From Octopus bimaculoides (lineage: Eukaryota), in contig NC_068999.1 of NCBI RefSeq assembly GCF_001194135.2, forward strand, positions 31,203,719-31,267,718: DNA of 64,000 nucleotides. The letters are read 5' to 3'. The position numbers and the translations under genes were made by a program. Under the pieces are notes generated by a model. It worked only from the letters and a program-made list of their open reading frames with translations, was not told the origin of the DNA and searched no databases. Of this stretch, positions 51,536-63,514 are shown one piece after another; the stretch's first letter is position 1, and every line of letters begins with the position of its first letter.

Positions 51536-52332
51536 ATAAGAGAGCAATTCTGTATAAAGATATTTCATGTATGACAACTAGAATTGAAAGAGTTGAAGGT
51601 CTGAGGAAGTGAAGAGTCAACCAAGATGAAGGATGCAGTATATGTAATATATATATATATATATATATATATANNNNNNNNNNNNNNNNNNNNNNNNNNN
51701 NNNNNNNNNNNNNNNNNNNNNNNNNNNNNNNNNNNNNNNNNNNNNNNNNNNNNNNNNNNNNNNNNNNNNNNNNNNNNNNNNNNNNNNNNNNNNNNNNNNN
51801 NNNNNNNNNNNNNNNNNNNNNNNNNNNNNNNNNNNNNNNNNNNNNNNNNNNNNNNNNNNNNNNNNNNNNNNNNNNNNNNNNNNNNNNNNNNNNNNNNNNN
51901 NNNNNNNNNNNNNNNNNNNNNNNNNNNNNNNNNNNNNNNNNNNNNNNNNNNNNNNNNNNNNNNNNNNNNNNNNNNNNNNNNNNNNNNNNNNNNNNNNNNN
52001 NNNNNNNNNNNNNNNNNNNNNNNNNNNNNNNNNNNNNNNNNNNNNNNNNNNNNNNNNNNNNNNNNNNNNNNNNNNNNNNNNNNNNNNNNNNNNNNNNNNN
52101 NNNNNNNNNNNNNNNNNNNNNNNNNNNNNNNNNNNNNNNNNNNNNNNNNNNNNNNNNNNNNNNNNNNNNNNNNNNNNNNNNNNNNNNNNNNNNNNNNNNN
52201 NTTTTTTCTGTCTGTCTTTGTCTCTCTCTTTTACTCATGTGAGATCTTGGTAGAGGGTAGCAGGTAGTAGTAGTCCTAATATTTGATATGAGTTCTTGGT
52301 TTTGATTGTTTAAGCAGCAGTAGTAGCTGAGA

Positions 52333-52403
52333 AAGAAGAAGAAGAAAAAGAAGAAGAAGAAGAAGAAGAAGAAGAAGAAGAAGAAGAAGAAGAAGAAGAA
52401 GAA

Positions 52404-52435
<32 letters not shown>

Positions 52436-52455
52436 AGAAGAAGAGAAAGAATAAT
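52333..52455. repeat. (GAA)n microsatellite
   Basis: Seen directly. Confidence 0.95.
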
Positions 52456-52621
52456 AAGAAAATTTGGGATTGGTATGACAGTAATAGGATGTTGGTGGAA
52501 TCCTCTTAAATGGCCAAGTGATCTAAAAGTGACTTGTTGTGGTTGTATTAGTAGTGATTGGAATTGTTCTGAATAAATTCATAGGTAGTAACTGTTTTGA
52601 ATATATCGTTTTCAATATTTG

Positions 52622-52885
52622 CATGGGTGTCAAGAGCATTACATAGGCCAAACCAAAAGCAGTCTATGTCAAAGGATGGCTCTACATAGATCTCAGGTCA
52701 AAATTCAGGATTACAGAAAAATAGCATTCAGTGAACATATCGACATTTGCACCACTAACAAACAACCCAGCTTCAGAATTTTTCCCCTCTATAAATTCAG
52801 GAATGATGCAACCTGTAGTCAGCGCATTAGTTAAAGAGTCATATTTTATCAAAAATATAAACCCCTTTTGAATGCATCCACCACA
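52622..52885 (+). mobile_element. Penelope-like GIY-YIG endonuclease fragment
   Basis: GCQEHYIGQTKSSLCQRMALHRSQ...FSEHIDIC...FRIFPLYK. Confidence 0.85.
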
Positions 52886-53704
52886 AATGACACTATTACA
52901 AGGGCCTTAGAATAATGCCCAAGCAAATATTAAAAGCAATATATTCAGAACAGTCACTACTCATGAATTTATTCAGAACAATTCCAATCACAACAGGTCA
53001 CTTTTAGGTCACTTGACCATTTAAGAGGATTCCACCAACATCCTACTACAATCATAACCACCCCTGCATTTTTTATTATTCTTTCTCNNNNNNNNNNNNN
53101 NNNNNNNNNNNNNNNNNNNNNNNNNNNNNNNNNNNNNNNNNNNNNNNNNNNNNNNNNNNNNNNNNNNNNNNNNNNNNNNNNNNNNNNNNNNNNNNNNNNN
53201 NNNNNNNNNNNNNNNNNNNNNNNNNNNNNNNNNNNNNNNNNNNNNNNNNNNNNNNNNNNNNNNNNNNNNNNNNNNNNNNNNNNNNNNNNNNNNNNNNNNN
53301 NNNNNNNNNNNNNNNNNNNNNNNNNNNNNNNNNNNNNNNNNNNNNNNNNNNNNNNNNNNNNNNNNNNNNNNNNNNNNNNNNNNNNNNNNNNNNNNNNNNN
53401 NNNNNNNNNNNNNNNNNNNNNNNNNNNNNNNNNNNNNNAAATATTAGGACTATTACTACCTGCTCCCTGCTACCAAGGTAAAAGAGACAGACAGGAAAAA
53501 GGAAAATGTCCCTTGCATTTGAAAACTATGGAAATATTTTTAAAAAACATTTCATTTAATTTTTCCACAATTTAATTGTTTTTCGTGCCTTACTCTAAGT
53601 TGAAAAATTCGCAGACTGTAACTGGTACTAAAATGTTCTTCATGATAAAATTATTTTAACATTTTCTACCTTGTCTTATTTTGCTTATATATATATATTA
53701 GTTA

Positions 53705-53717
53705 CATAGATAGATAA

Positions 53718-53758
<41 letters not shown>
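53705..53758. repeat. (GATA)n microsatellite
   Basis: Seen directly. Confidence 0.95.
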
Positions 53759-53794
53759 ATGTTAGCAATAAACTATAGCTGGATTGTTGTTCAC

Positions 53795-53838
53795 CTTCCT
53801 GTCTGCCGTTTTGTTGGTAGCTGCCCTGCTTCTTCTCA
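53795..53838 (-). CDS. Possible 44-nt exon ((V)RRSRAATNKTADRK)
   Basis: Acceptor ctcttttcggaactatcaacag|TG with a weak donor AAG|gtgaac. Open in phase 1 but ends in phase 0, so it cannot join directly to the 48616 exon. Confidence 0.25.
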
Positions 53839-55179
53839 CTGTTGATAGTTCCGAAAAGAGTGGATGGATAAAGATGAGTGTATACATGTACACAATATTT
53901 GTGTGTGTGTGTGTGAGTTTATTTTAACAGAAACAAAAGATAATGTCCTCAATACATGTGGTAGAGTATGTCGATTTATTTCTTCAAAGCTGGTGATACG
54001 CTCCACCTCTATTCAGAATTTCTTGTTACATACAATCATAAAGGTCCCACTAAGAAACCCTGAGTAGTGACAGAATGAGTTCTCAGTTTCAAACAGTTAT
54101 GCATACATAAATCATAATAATTTTGACCTCATTATAATATGTACCCATACCATAACTATCACACCACAGCACTCCACACTCCTTCATTGTACCATTCCAT
54201 TACACCATTGCACTGCACCACACCACTCCACTCCACACCACATAACTCATGACCCAAGAACCAACAACAGATGGATGTTCAACTATCAGAAACAGCAGCC
54301 AAACTACCCCATTCCCCCAGCCAATAACCATAGTCATCCCCACACTACACACTGCCACTACACTATTATTACGCACCACTATCAATTACAGCATCTCCCA
54401 CTATTACTATTACACAACCCAATACTATCAAACATGTAGTGTCTGATTGACATAATGTCCTTTGTTATCAATTAGCAGGCAGTTAAATTACTCTAATTGA
54501 TGTTTTAAAAACTATCTGTATGTTCTTTTGCCTTTTCTGATATTGAAATTATAAGTGAAATGAAACAGTAACCATCAAGAAAGGAATCTATCTCACTGAC
54601 TCAACTTGAACTTTAACACACTCTCACCAAAATAAATTAGAGAATTAAATCTGTTTTTCCATATTTCTTGTAGTTTCTCTGCAACACCTTTGTATGGTGT
54701 GTGAACACATAATCTAATGGATCCAGTTTACAAACTAAGGTTATATTGACACTGTTCAGTATTTGCAATAATTTAATTACCACTAATTAGCTGTATTAGG
54801 ATTCTATGTTCCTAATTAGTAATGGCCATTTTCCCATGATAGCATCTTGGCACACAAAACACAAAATGCAAAGAATTTTGTCATCAATCAATAACTTTCA
54901 TTTTCATTATAGCACAGTATTATTATGGAATATTTGGAAGTCTACAAGTATTATGAGAGGAATGGTAACATTAACATCTTGAAACAGATCAGAATTATGG
55001 AGATTTTAGAGTTTACAGTTTATTTGTAATATATTAGTTGTCTTTCAGTTGTGAGATTAATAAAACTGTGCAGATTGACCACTGAGGTTCTTTGATAAAA
55101 TGGTTATGGTGTTGCCATACAGTCAATTCAAAATGAGAAATGTTATCAGAAATGTATATTCTCATTGACAACACATTAA

Positions 55180-55402
55180 CATAATTATTGGTTTCAAATT
55201 TTGGTACAAGGTCAGCAATTTTGGGGAAGGGTTAAATTGATTACATAAACCCAGTGTTGAACTGATACTTATTTTATTGAACCTGAAAGGACAAAAGGTA
55301 AAGTCAGCCCTGATGGCATTTGAACTCAGAATACAAAAGACAGAGGAAATGCCATAAAACATTTTGCTTGGCATGCTAATAATTCTGCCAGCTCACTACC
55401 TT
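55180..55402 (+). repeat. Repeat family B
   Basis: Full-length match to 46525-46740. Confidence 0.75.
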
Positions 55403-56084
55403 ACACTAACATAATTATTAACAGCATTAACAACATACTAACACCACAGAAACACCACATTGGGATGACATTAATGTGGTTCTAATATGATACTTATGTC
55501 ATATTAACACCATACTGACCATACAACACAATAACAATGTGATAATACTACACTAATAACATGACACCATACTAACAACATTATAATGATGCAATAACAC
55601 CATGCTAAATACATATAATTGTAAAAGCAATAATGTCACAACAGCATAACAATACAATAAAACTATAACAATATAAGTCCATAATTACACAACTCTCAAC
55701 ATTAACCAAACACTAACAAAATGCTATCATTAACATAAAACTAACAACATACTATCACAAGGCTAATACTACAAACAAAATAGTAATACAATACTAATGA
55801 ATTTGTTTGGAAAAATTAATGCGTCATCACCACCATCTTCACTACCACCACATCATCATCATTATCAGATGATGATGATAACTATAATATTTCTACAAAT
55901 TCTGTCAGAATTTGGGATCTAATTCCCAAATGCTTAATATTTGAGTATGTGTTTATGTATGTGTGTATGTGTGTGTGTGTGTGTGTGCATGCAAGTATGT
56001 TTTTGTAATCTTACCTTATTGTAAAATACACAAGAAATACTGAACTAGAATAAAATATCTGACTTTGAGACTGAATCTCCTTAC

Positions 56085-56262
56085 CTATGTCTTCATCATC
56101 ATTTTCGTTCTGTAGATTTGTAGTTCCAGGGATACCAGAAATGGATTCTTGAACTGGTTGGTTGATTCCAGCAATGGTCTTTCTGATATCTCGACCAGAA
56201 TGGATTGACGATGAAATACTTGGCAGACGTATGTCCATTCTTGAACCTTGTGGGGTCAGCAC
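56085..56262 (-). CDS. Internal coding exon of an unidentified host gene (VLTPQGSRMDIRLPSISSSIHSGRDIRKTIAGINQPVQESISGIPGTTNLQNENDDEDI)
   Basis: Minus-strand acceptor ttttcccaaattag|GTG and donor ATAG|gtaagg. The exon is 178 nt, open in phase 0, ends in phase 1, and is unique non-repetitive sequence. Confidence 0.65.
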
Positions 56263-56697
56263 CTAATTTGGGAAAAGACACATTTCAAAAGAAATCGTTT
56301 GCTAAATGATGGAGATTCTTGCCATAATAACAACTCTTCAATGGCTGCAGTACCTGGTGCTGCAGCCATTGAAGAGTTCTCATCTAATAAACAGAGTTCC
56401 CATTGAAGACTTATCTTCATTCATGAACATACTATTTGTTAAGATATACCCATGGTAAGATAATGAGACATGCTAGAAATAGCTGCCAAATCTCCAGTAA
56501 ATTACACCATATTGTCTTAAGAAATATAAGTACACATTGGCCAATATAGTTATAAATATATATACAAATAGACAGTATGATCACAAATTGAATGACTTTT
56601 ATTGGACAAGCACAACTGTTTGGTTATGTAAGTCATTTCACAATAATGTGGTTCCAGATTTTATCACACAATATAGCACTTTGGACGAGTATGGATA

Positions 56698-57330
56698 TCT
56701 ATATATATAAAGCTGAGAATGTGTCTGTCTGTGTGAATTACTAAAACTCAAGAATTACCAAACTGATTTCATTCAAATTTTACACATGCCTTACTTAGGG
56801 TCCATGCAGTGTCATGGCACCCTAAAAATTACAACTTCTTGCCTAATGCGAACCTGGAGCAATCTCTTATCTCTTACACTATTTCTTATCTCTTACACTA
56901 TTGTGTCAAAAGGAAAACAATAGCATCTGTATAGTAATGTGAGATGCTTTCAGATTTAATACTTTCATTATTAATACTGAAACTATTAAAAGTGAAACTT
57001 ATCTCACTTGCCACACGGATTAAAAATCTGAAGATGTTCAGATAAGTAAATTTGTTTTCCAGCCTAGCACATATCTAAAACCTCTTTTACAGTGCAAATT
57101 ATAATTGTTTTATTATTTCATTTCATTATCTCTCTATGTAAACACAGTTTTGTCTTCCATGCCGTATGTTTATAGAAAAAAACTTAAGATCCATATGCTC
57201 AGTCCAACTCTCCCACTTTCTCCCTTCTCTCATTTATCTAATTTTGTCACAGTTTCGCTGATCAAAAACTGTTGGTTATAGCTCTAGTTAAAAATGCCCA
57301 ATTCTATCTCATTATTATTATTACTATTCT
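56698..57330 (+). mobile_element. Non-autonomous Helitron, 5' part
   Basis: Begins A|TCTATATATATAAAGCTG...TGTCTGTCTGT, a typical Helitron 5' TC terminus inserted after A. Confidence 0.55.
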
Positions 57331-57339
57331 TTCACACCG

Positions 57340-60300
57340 GCAGCCTCAGTTTTTGCTGTTTCATGGTGCGCCTGCCCTTCCCACCCCACCAGCTGTACTG
57401 GAAGTCTTTATCCTCCTACCTATATCAAATATCTTTCCCCTGAACACCTCCAAAGGCTTAGTGTTCCCCCATCCTTACTTAGGGTTTATCTCCTATGCAA
57501 TGTAGTGATTATGTAGCAAGCACATAAAATGATGGTGTAGTGTATGAAGGCTATTGTATGTTTATGAGTTCTGCCAAATGCAAGCTTTCTTTTCAGGCTC
57601 ATGATGCTGCTACCTCCATCCCAGGGTCTTGCCTTCCATACCCTCAGAGTTGGTACACTTAATGTTGGCACATTGAAAGGTAGGTCTGGTGAGATTCTTG
57701 GGATGCTCAAATGGAGATGTGTAGATTTGTGCAGCATCCAAGAAGTAAGATGGAAAGGAAGTTCTGCTAGGTTCCTCACAGGCAAAGATTGACGGTATAA
57801 GATGGGGTCGGGGGCACGGGTATACTTCTTGCGGAGAAATGGGTTGATAAAATAATCGAGATAGTCAGAGTTTGTCATAGAATACTTAAGATTAGATTAG
57901 TGCTGCAACATGGGTTAGTAACCATTATCTCAGCTTATACCTCTCAGCCAGGGCCACCTGATGAATAGAAAGACCAATTTTATGACACCCTCTTGCAGTT
58001 TACCTCATTGATGAATAACAGGAACCTTCTCTTTGTGGCTGGCAACTTCAATTGGCATGTTGGACAACATGCAGGAGGCTTCCATGGCATTCATTGGTTT
58101 CCGCAATGAGGAGGGAACCAGGCTGCTGGAGTTCTGCGATGCAAATGATCTTCTGGCTTGTAATACTAACTTAAGGAAACCTGCCAGTCACCTATTCACC
58201 TACCGGTCTGGTGGATATACTAGTCAAATTGACTACTTCTTCACCAGGAAATGGGAAAGATGGCTACTTATAAATGCCAAAACCTTCCCAAGTGAAGAAT
58301 GAACCCTACAACATAGATTAGCAGTTAGCAACTTCAGGATCAGGGTTAAATGGATGCCCAGAAGATGACCAGCATGGAAAACAAGGCTCTGGAAGTTTAA
58401 GGATCCTGTGAATGGACAGAGATTTAAAGATATATTACTCAAAGCTTTTGACAAAATAGAGGAGGATATAGTATCACATAATGTGGAAGGCAACTGAAGG
58501 TTCCTACGGGACAACCTGTTGAGAGCTACTGACCAGATCTGTAGATGGTGCAAAGTCCCCTCTCAACCCAAGGTAACGTGGTGGTGGAACAATGTAGTTG
58601 ACAGGGCCATTAGGAAAAAGAAACAAGCATGGAAGGACTGGAAGTGTGGTGGTAGCAAGGAATTGTATCAGATTGCTAGAAGGGAAGCTAGGTGACAGGT
58701 TTACTTAGCCAGAGGAGATGCAGATAAAAAAAAATTTACCAATGTTCTGCATCGTGAGGATCAAAGACTTGAAGTGTTTCATGTTGTAAGATGGTACATG
58801 AGAGAGAATCATGATGTCATAGGAGAGAAATGTGTCCACATGGATGATGGCTGCAAAGGGAGAGACTTTGAGACACCACTATGGAAGGTTGCTAAATGAA
58901 AAGAATGAATGGAAGAAAGAGAGTCTGTCGAATATCAACCCAACAGAGGGACCGGCTATCTGAATTAACTGTAGATAAAGCAATTAAGGGTACAAGGAGA
59001 GGGAAAGTCCCCCAGCCCATTAGAAATCACCAAAGAGATGCTTCAATCAGGTGATACATGAATGAGTCATATGCAATGACTGGTGTAGCAGCACCATAGT
59101 CAAATGCTACAAAGGTAAAGGTGATGCATTAGATATGAATAATTACAGAGGTATCAAACTGTTGGATCAGGTGATGAAAGTCAAGGAGAGGGTCATAGCC
59201 CAACTAATTAAGGAGAGAGTCAGTTTCGATGAGATGCAGTTTGGGTTTGTGTCAGAGAGAAGCACCAATGATGCTATATTTCTGGTAAGAAAGCTTCAGG
59301 AGAAATACCTAGCCAAAGATAAACCTCTGTACATGGCTTTCGTTGACATGGAGAAAGCCTTTGACAGGGTTCCCTCGATCCCTTATCTGGTGGTCAATGA
59401 GGAAACTAAGGACAGATGAGTAGTTAGTGAGAGCTGTACAAGCTATGTACAGGGATGCTGTCAGCAAGGTGAGGGTTAGCAATGAGTATAGTGAAGAATT
59501 CTGGGTTGGGGTAGGGAGTCCACCAAGGGTCAGTCCTCAGCCGCCTCCTATTTATCATAGTCCTTCAGGCGATAACAGAGGAATTTAAGACAGGATACCC
59601 CTGGAAGCTCTGCTATGCTGATGACCTTGCTCTAATAGTTGAGTTACTATCAGAATCAAGGAGAAGTTTCAGGTGTGGAAGCAAGGTCTAGAGTCGAAGG
59701 GCCTTAGAGTCAATCTAGCAAAACCCAGAGTCTTAATAAGTAGGAAGGCCAACAAATCACAAATCCCTTCAGGTAGATGGCCTTGCTCGATCTGTAGAAA
59801 AGGTATTGGTAGAAACTCCATAAGATGTACCTGGTGTAAGCTATGAACATATAAGAGGTGCAGCAATATCAAAGGAAGGTTAACTGAGAAGATACTTTGT
59901 GCGTGTGGCAAATGCTCAAGGGAAATAAACACTGAAAATGTGCAGAAAACAGCTTCCGTCACTTGCCAGGGAAAAAACTAGAAGTAATTGATAGCTTACA
60001 TTACCTAAATGACCAAGTCAGTAGCAGGAGAGGATGCTCTGGGAGTGTAGCTGCTAGAATAAGAATATCTAGGGCAAAGTTCAGAGAGCTCCTACCTCTG
60101 CTGGTGACAAAGGGCCTCTCACTCAGAGTAAAAGGTAGACTGTATGATGCATGTGTACGAACAGCCATGCTACATGACAGTGAAGAGGACATGCATAAGC
60201 TTGCAAGGAATGAAGCCAGTATGCTCTGCTGGATGTGTAATGTCAGTGTGTATACATGATAGAGTGTAAGCGCCCTGAGAGAAAAGTTGGACCTAAGAAG

Positions 60301-61207
60301 CATCAGATGTGGTGTGCAAGAGAGACGACTGCACTGGTATGGTCATGTGTTGAGTATGGATGAGGATGGTTGCGTGAAAAAGTGTCACACCCTAGCAGTA
60401 GAGGGAACCTGTGGAAGAGGTAGACCCAGGAAGACCTGGGATGAGGTGGTGAAACACGACCTTTGAACTTTGGGCCTCACAGAGGTGATGACAAGTGACC
60501 AAGACATTTGGGGATATATTGTGCTTGAGAAAACCCAGCAAGCCAAGTGAGACCGTGACCGTAGAAGCATAACCAGCCCATTTAAGAGTACCCGTCAATC
60601 ATTAGGCAATAAACTATGTTTGCGAAAACCTGTTGTGTCAAGTGAAGTCATTGTCGTGACCAATGACAGTACTGCCTGACTGGTACCCATTGCCAGTGGT
60701 ACGTAAGAAGCACCATTCGAGTGTGGTCAATGCCAGTGCAACCAGATTGGTCCCATGCTGGTGGCACATAAAAAGCACCATTCATGCATGGTCATTGCCA
60801 GTGTCACCTGACTGACTCCCGTACCAGTGGCATGTAAAAAGCACCATTCAAGCGTGATTGATTCCAGTGCTGGCTGATTGGTCCCGTGCCAGTGGCACGT
60901 AAAAAGCACCATTCGAGTGTGGTCATTGCCAGTGTTGTCTGAATGGCTCCAATGCCGGGTGCATGTAAAAAGCATCATTCAAACGTGGTTGATGCCAGTA
61001 CCACCTGACTGGCCCTTGTGCTGGTGGAACGTAAAAAGCACCCACTACACTCTTGGAGTGGTTGGCATTAGGAAGGGCACCCAGCTGTAGTAAGTTTGCT
61101 AGATCAGACTGGAGCCTGGTGCAGCCTTCTGGCTTACCAGCCCTCAGTCAAACCATCCAAGCCATGCCAGCATGGAAGGCATACATTAAACAACGACAAC
61201 GATGATG
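57340..61207 (+). mobile_element. RTE-clade LINE, near full length, disrupted ORF (APE endonuclease plus RT)
   Basis: RVGTLNVGTL, CSIQEVRWKG, SQIDYF, FVDMEKAFDRVP, HQGSVLS and CYADDL motifs with many stops and deletions. Repeats in the 3' UTR and a gacaacgatgatg tail. The 5' boundary is approximate. Confidence 0.93.
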
Positions 61208-61248
61208 TATATATATGTATATATATGTATAAATATATATATATATAT

Positions 61249-62224
61249 NNNNNNNNNNNNNNNNNNNNNNNNNNNNNNNNNNNNNNNNNNNNNNNNNNNN
61301 NNNNNNNNNNNNNNNNNNNNNNNNNNNNNNNNNNNNNNNNNNNNNNNNNNNNNNNNNNNNNNNNNNNNNNNNNNNNNNNNNNNNNNNNNNNNNNNNNNNN
61401 NNNNNNNNNNNNNNNNNNNNNNNNNNNNNNNNNNNNNNNNNNNNNNNNNNNNNNNNNNNNNNNNNNNNNNNNNNNNNNNNNNNNNNNNNNNNNNNNNNNN
61501 NNNNNNNNNNNNNNNNNNNNNNNNNNNNNNNNNNNNNNNNNNNNNNNNNNNNNNNNNNNNNNNNNNNNNNNNNNNNNNNNNNNNNNNNNNNNNNNNNNNN
61601 NNNNNNNNNNNNNNNNNNNNNNNNNNNNNNNNNNNNNNNNNNNNNNNNNNNNNNNNNNNNNNNNNNNNNNNNNNNNNNNNNNNNNNNNNNNNNNNNNNNN
61701 NNNNNNNNNNNNNNNNNNNNNNNNNNNNNNNNNNNNNNNNNNNNNNNNNNNNNNNNNNNNNNNNNNNNNNNNNNNNNNNNNNNNNNNNNNNNNNNNNNNN
61801 NNNNNNNNNNNNNNNNNNNNNNNNNNNNNNNNNNNNNNNNNNNNNNNNNNNNNNNNNNNNNNNNNNNNNNNNNNNNNNNNNNNNNNNNNNNNNNNNNNNN
61901 NNNNNNNNNNNNNNNNNNNNNNNNNNNNNNNNNNNNNNNNNNNNNNNNNNNNNNNNNNNNNNNNNNNNNNNNNNNNNNNNNNNNNNNNNNNNNNNNNNNN
62001 NNNNNNNNNNNNNNNNNNNNNNNNNNNNNNNNNNNNNNNNNNNNNNNNNNNNNNNNNNNNNNNNNNNNNNNNNNNNNNNNNNNNNNNNNNNNNNNNNNNN
62101 NNNNNNNNNNNNNNNNNNNNNNNNNNNNNNNNNNNNNNNNNNNNNNNNNNNNNNNNNNNNNNNNNNNNNNNNNNNNNNNNNNNNNNNNNNNNNNNNNNNN
62201 NNNNNNNNNNNNNNNNNNNNNNNN
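61249..62224. other. Largest assembly gap; others at 6472-6747, 20366-20465, 21561-22127, 24063-24189, 45972-46353, 51674-52201, 53088-53438 and 63251-63354
   Basis: N runs, mostly next to microsatellites or inverted repeats. Confidence 0.98.
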
Positions 62225-62264
62225 GGGAGGGGGATACCCCTTCTCTCTCTCCCCTTCAACCCAA

Positions 62265-62295
<31 letters not shown>

Positions 62296-62864
62296 GTGAG
62301 AATTTACAAAAAAACAAAAAACGAAGATGGGTGTCTAAGCAACAAACAGATGTATGAGTTTAATACTTAGAAAGTGAGAAAGTCTTTTACATTTCGAGCC
62401 TACACTCTTTGACAGAAAGGAACACAGAAATAAACAAGGAGAGAAATTAAAAAAGGTTTAGTGGCTAGCGATCTATCATGGCGATCTATCTATCTATCTA
62501 TCTGTCTGTCTGTCTGTGTGTCTGTCTGTGTGTCTGTCTGTCTGTCTATCAACCTATCTAACTACCTATATTTCTATCTATCCATCTCCATTGTCATGGA
62601 ATTTCACACAAAAACAACAAAACCAATGTTCTCTTCTAAACAAAACCCTGCCAAAAACATTAGTTTTATATAAATGGACAAGCTGTTTGTACATTCACAA
62701 AATTTCATTAGACAAATTCGAGAAATAAACGAAACCGCTAATAATAATGAAGAAATAAAAAGATTTTTTTCTAAAATTCTGATGATATTTTTTCTCAATA
62801 TATATATATATATATGTATATATTTGTGTGTGTGTATGTGTGTGTGTGTGTGTGTCTTTCTGTC

Positions 62865-63065
62865 TGTCTATCTGTCTGTCTGTGTCTGTGCTTGTACTCC
62901 CACCATCGCTGTTGCTGTGTTTACATCCCTGTAAATTAACCATTTGGCAAAACACACTGATAGAATAAGTACTAGGCTTACAAAGAATAAATCCTGGGCT
63001 CTTTTTCTTTGATTAAAGGTCATGCACCAGCATGGCCACAGTCACATGACCAAAACATGTAAAAC
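62865..63065 (+). mobile_element. SINE family A, 3' half
   Basis: gatagaataagtactaggcttacaaagaataa is identical to the segment near 1595-1625. Confidence 0.8.
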
Positions 63066-63117
63066 AATAAGAACCTATGCCATTTTAATCCCAAGCAATG
63101 CCAGGTATCTCTGCTAG
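63066..63117 (+). mobile_element. Helitron 3' terminus
   Basis: cccaagcaatgccagg (CpG-decayed GC hairpin) about 12 nt before CTAG|T. Confidence 0.65.
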
Positions 63118-63472
63118 TATTCATTTTTCATTTTCATTTTATCTAGTTTCAGCTCATGAGCTGTGGCCATGCTGGGGCACCGCCATTTATATATATACAT
63201 ATAAATATGTGACACTTATTCGGTAGCCATGATAAAACTCAGAGTTTCAGNNNNNNNNNNNNNNNNNNNNNNNNNNNNNNNNNNNNNNNNNNNNNNNNNN
63301 NNNNNNNNNNNNNNNNNNNNNNNNNNNNNNNNNNNNNNNNNNNNNNNNNNNNNNGGCATCCGAAACTCAGAGTTTTATCATGGCTACCGAATAATTGTCA
63401 CATGTTTTTACAGATAAATTCCTCTATTTACATAATATCGAGGTCTCTTTCTTTCATTGTTGTCTTTTCTAT

Positions 63473-63514
<42 letters not shown>

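Noticed and set aside
60660-61050. Regular repeats that superficially resemble a CRISPR array (also 31690-31985 and 42940-43085)
   Set aside because: Head-to-tail degenerate units without unique spacers, inside retroelement 3' UTRs of a eukaryote; no cas genes.
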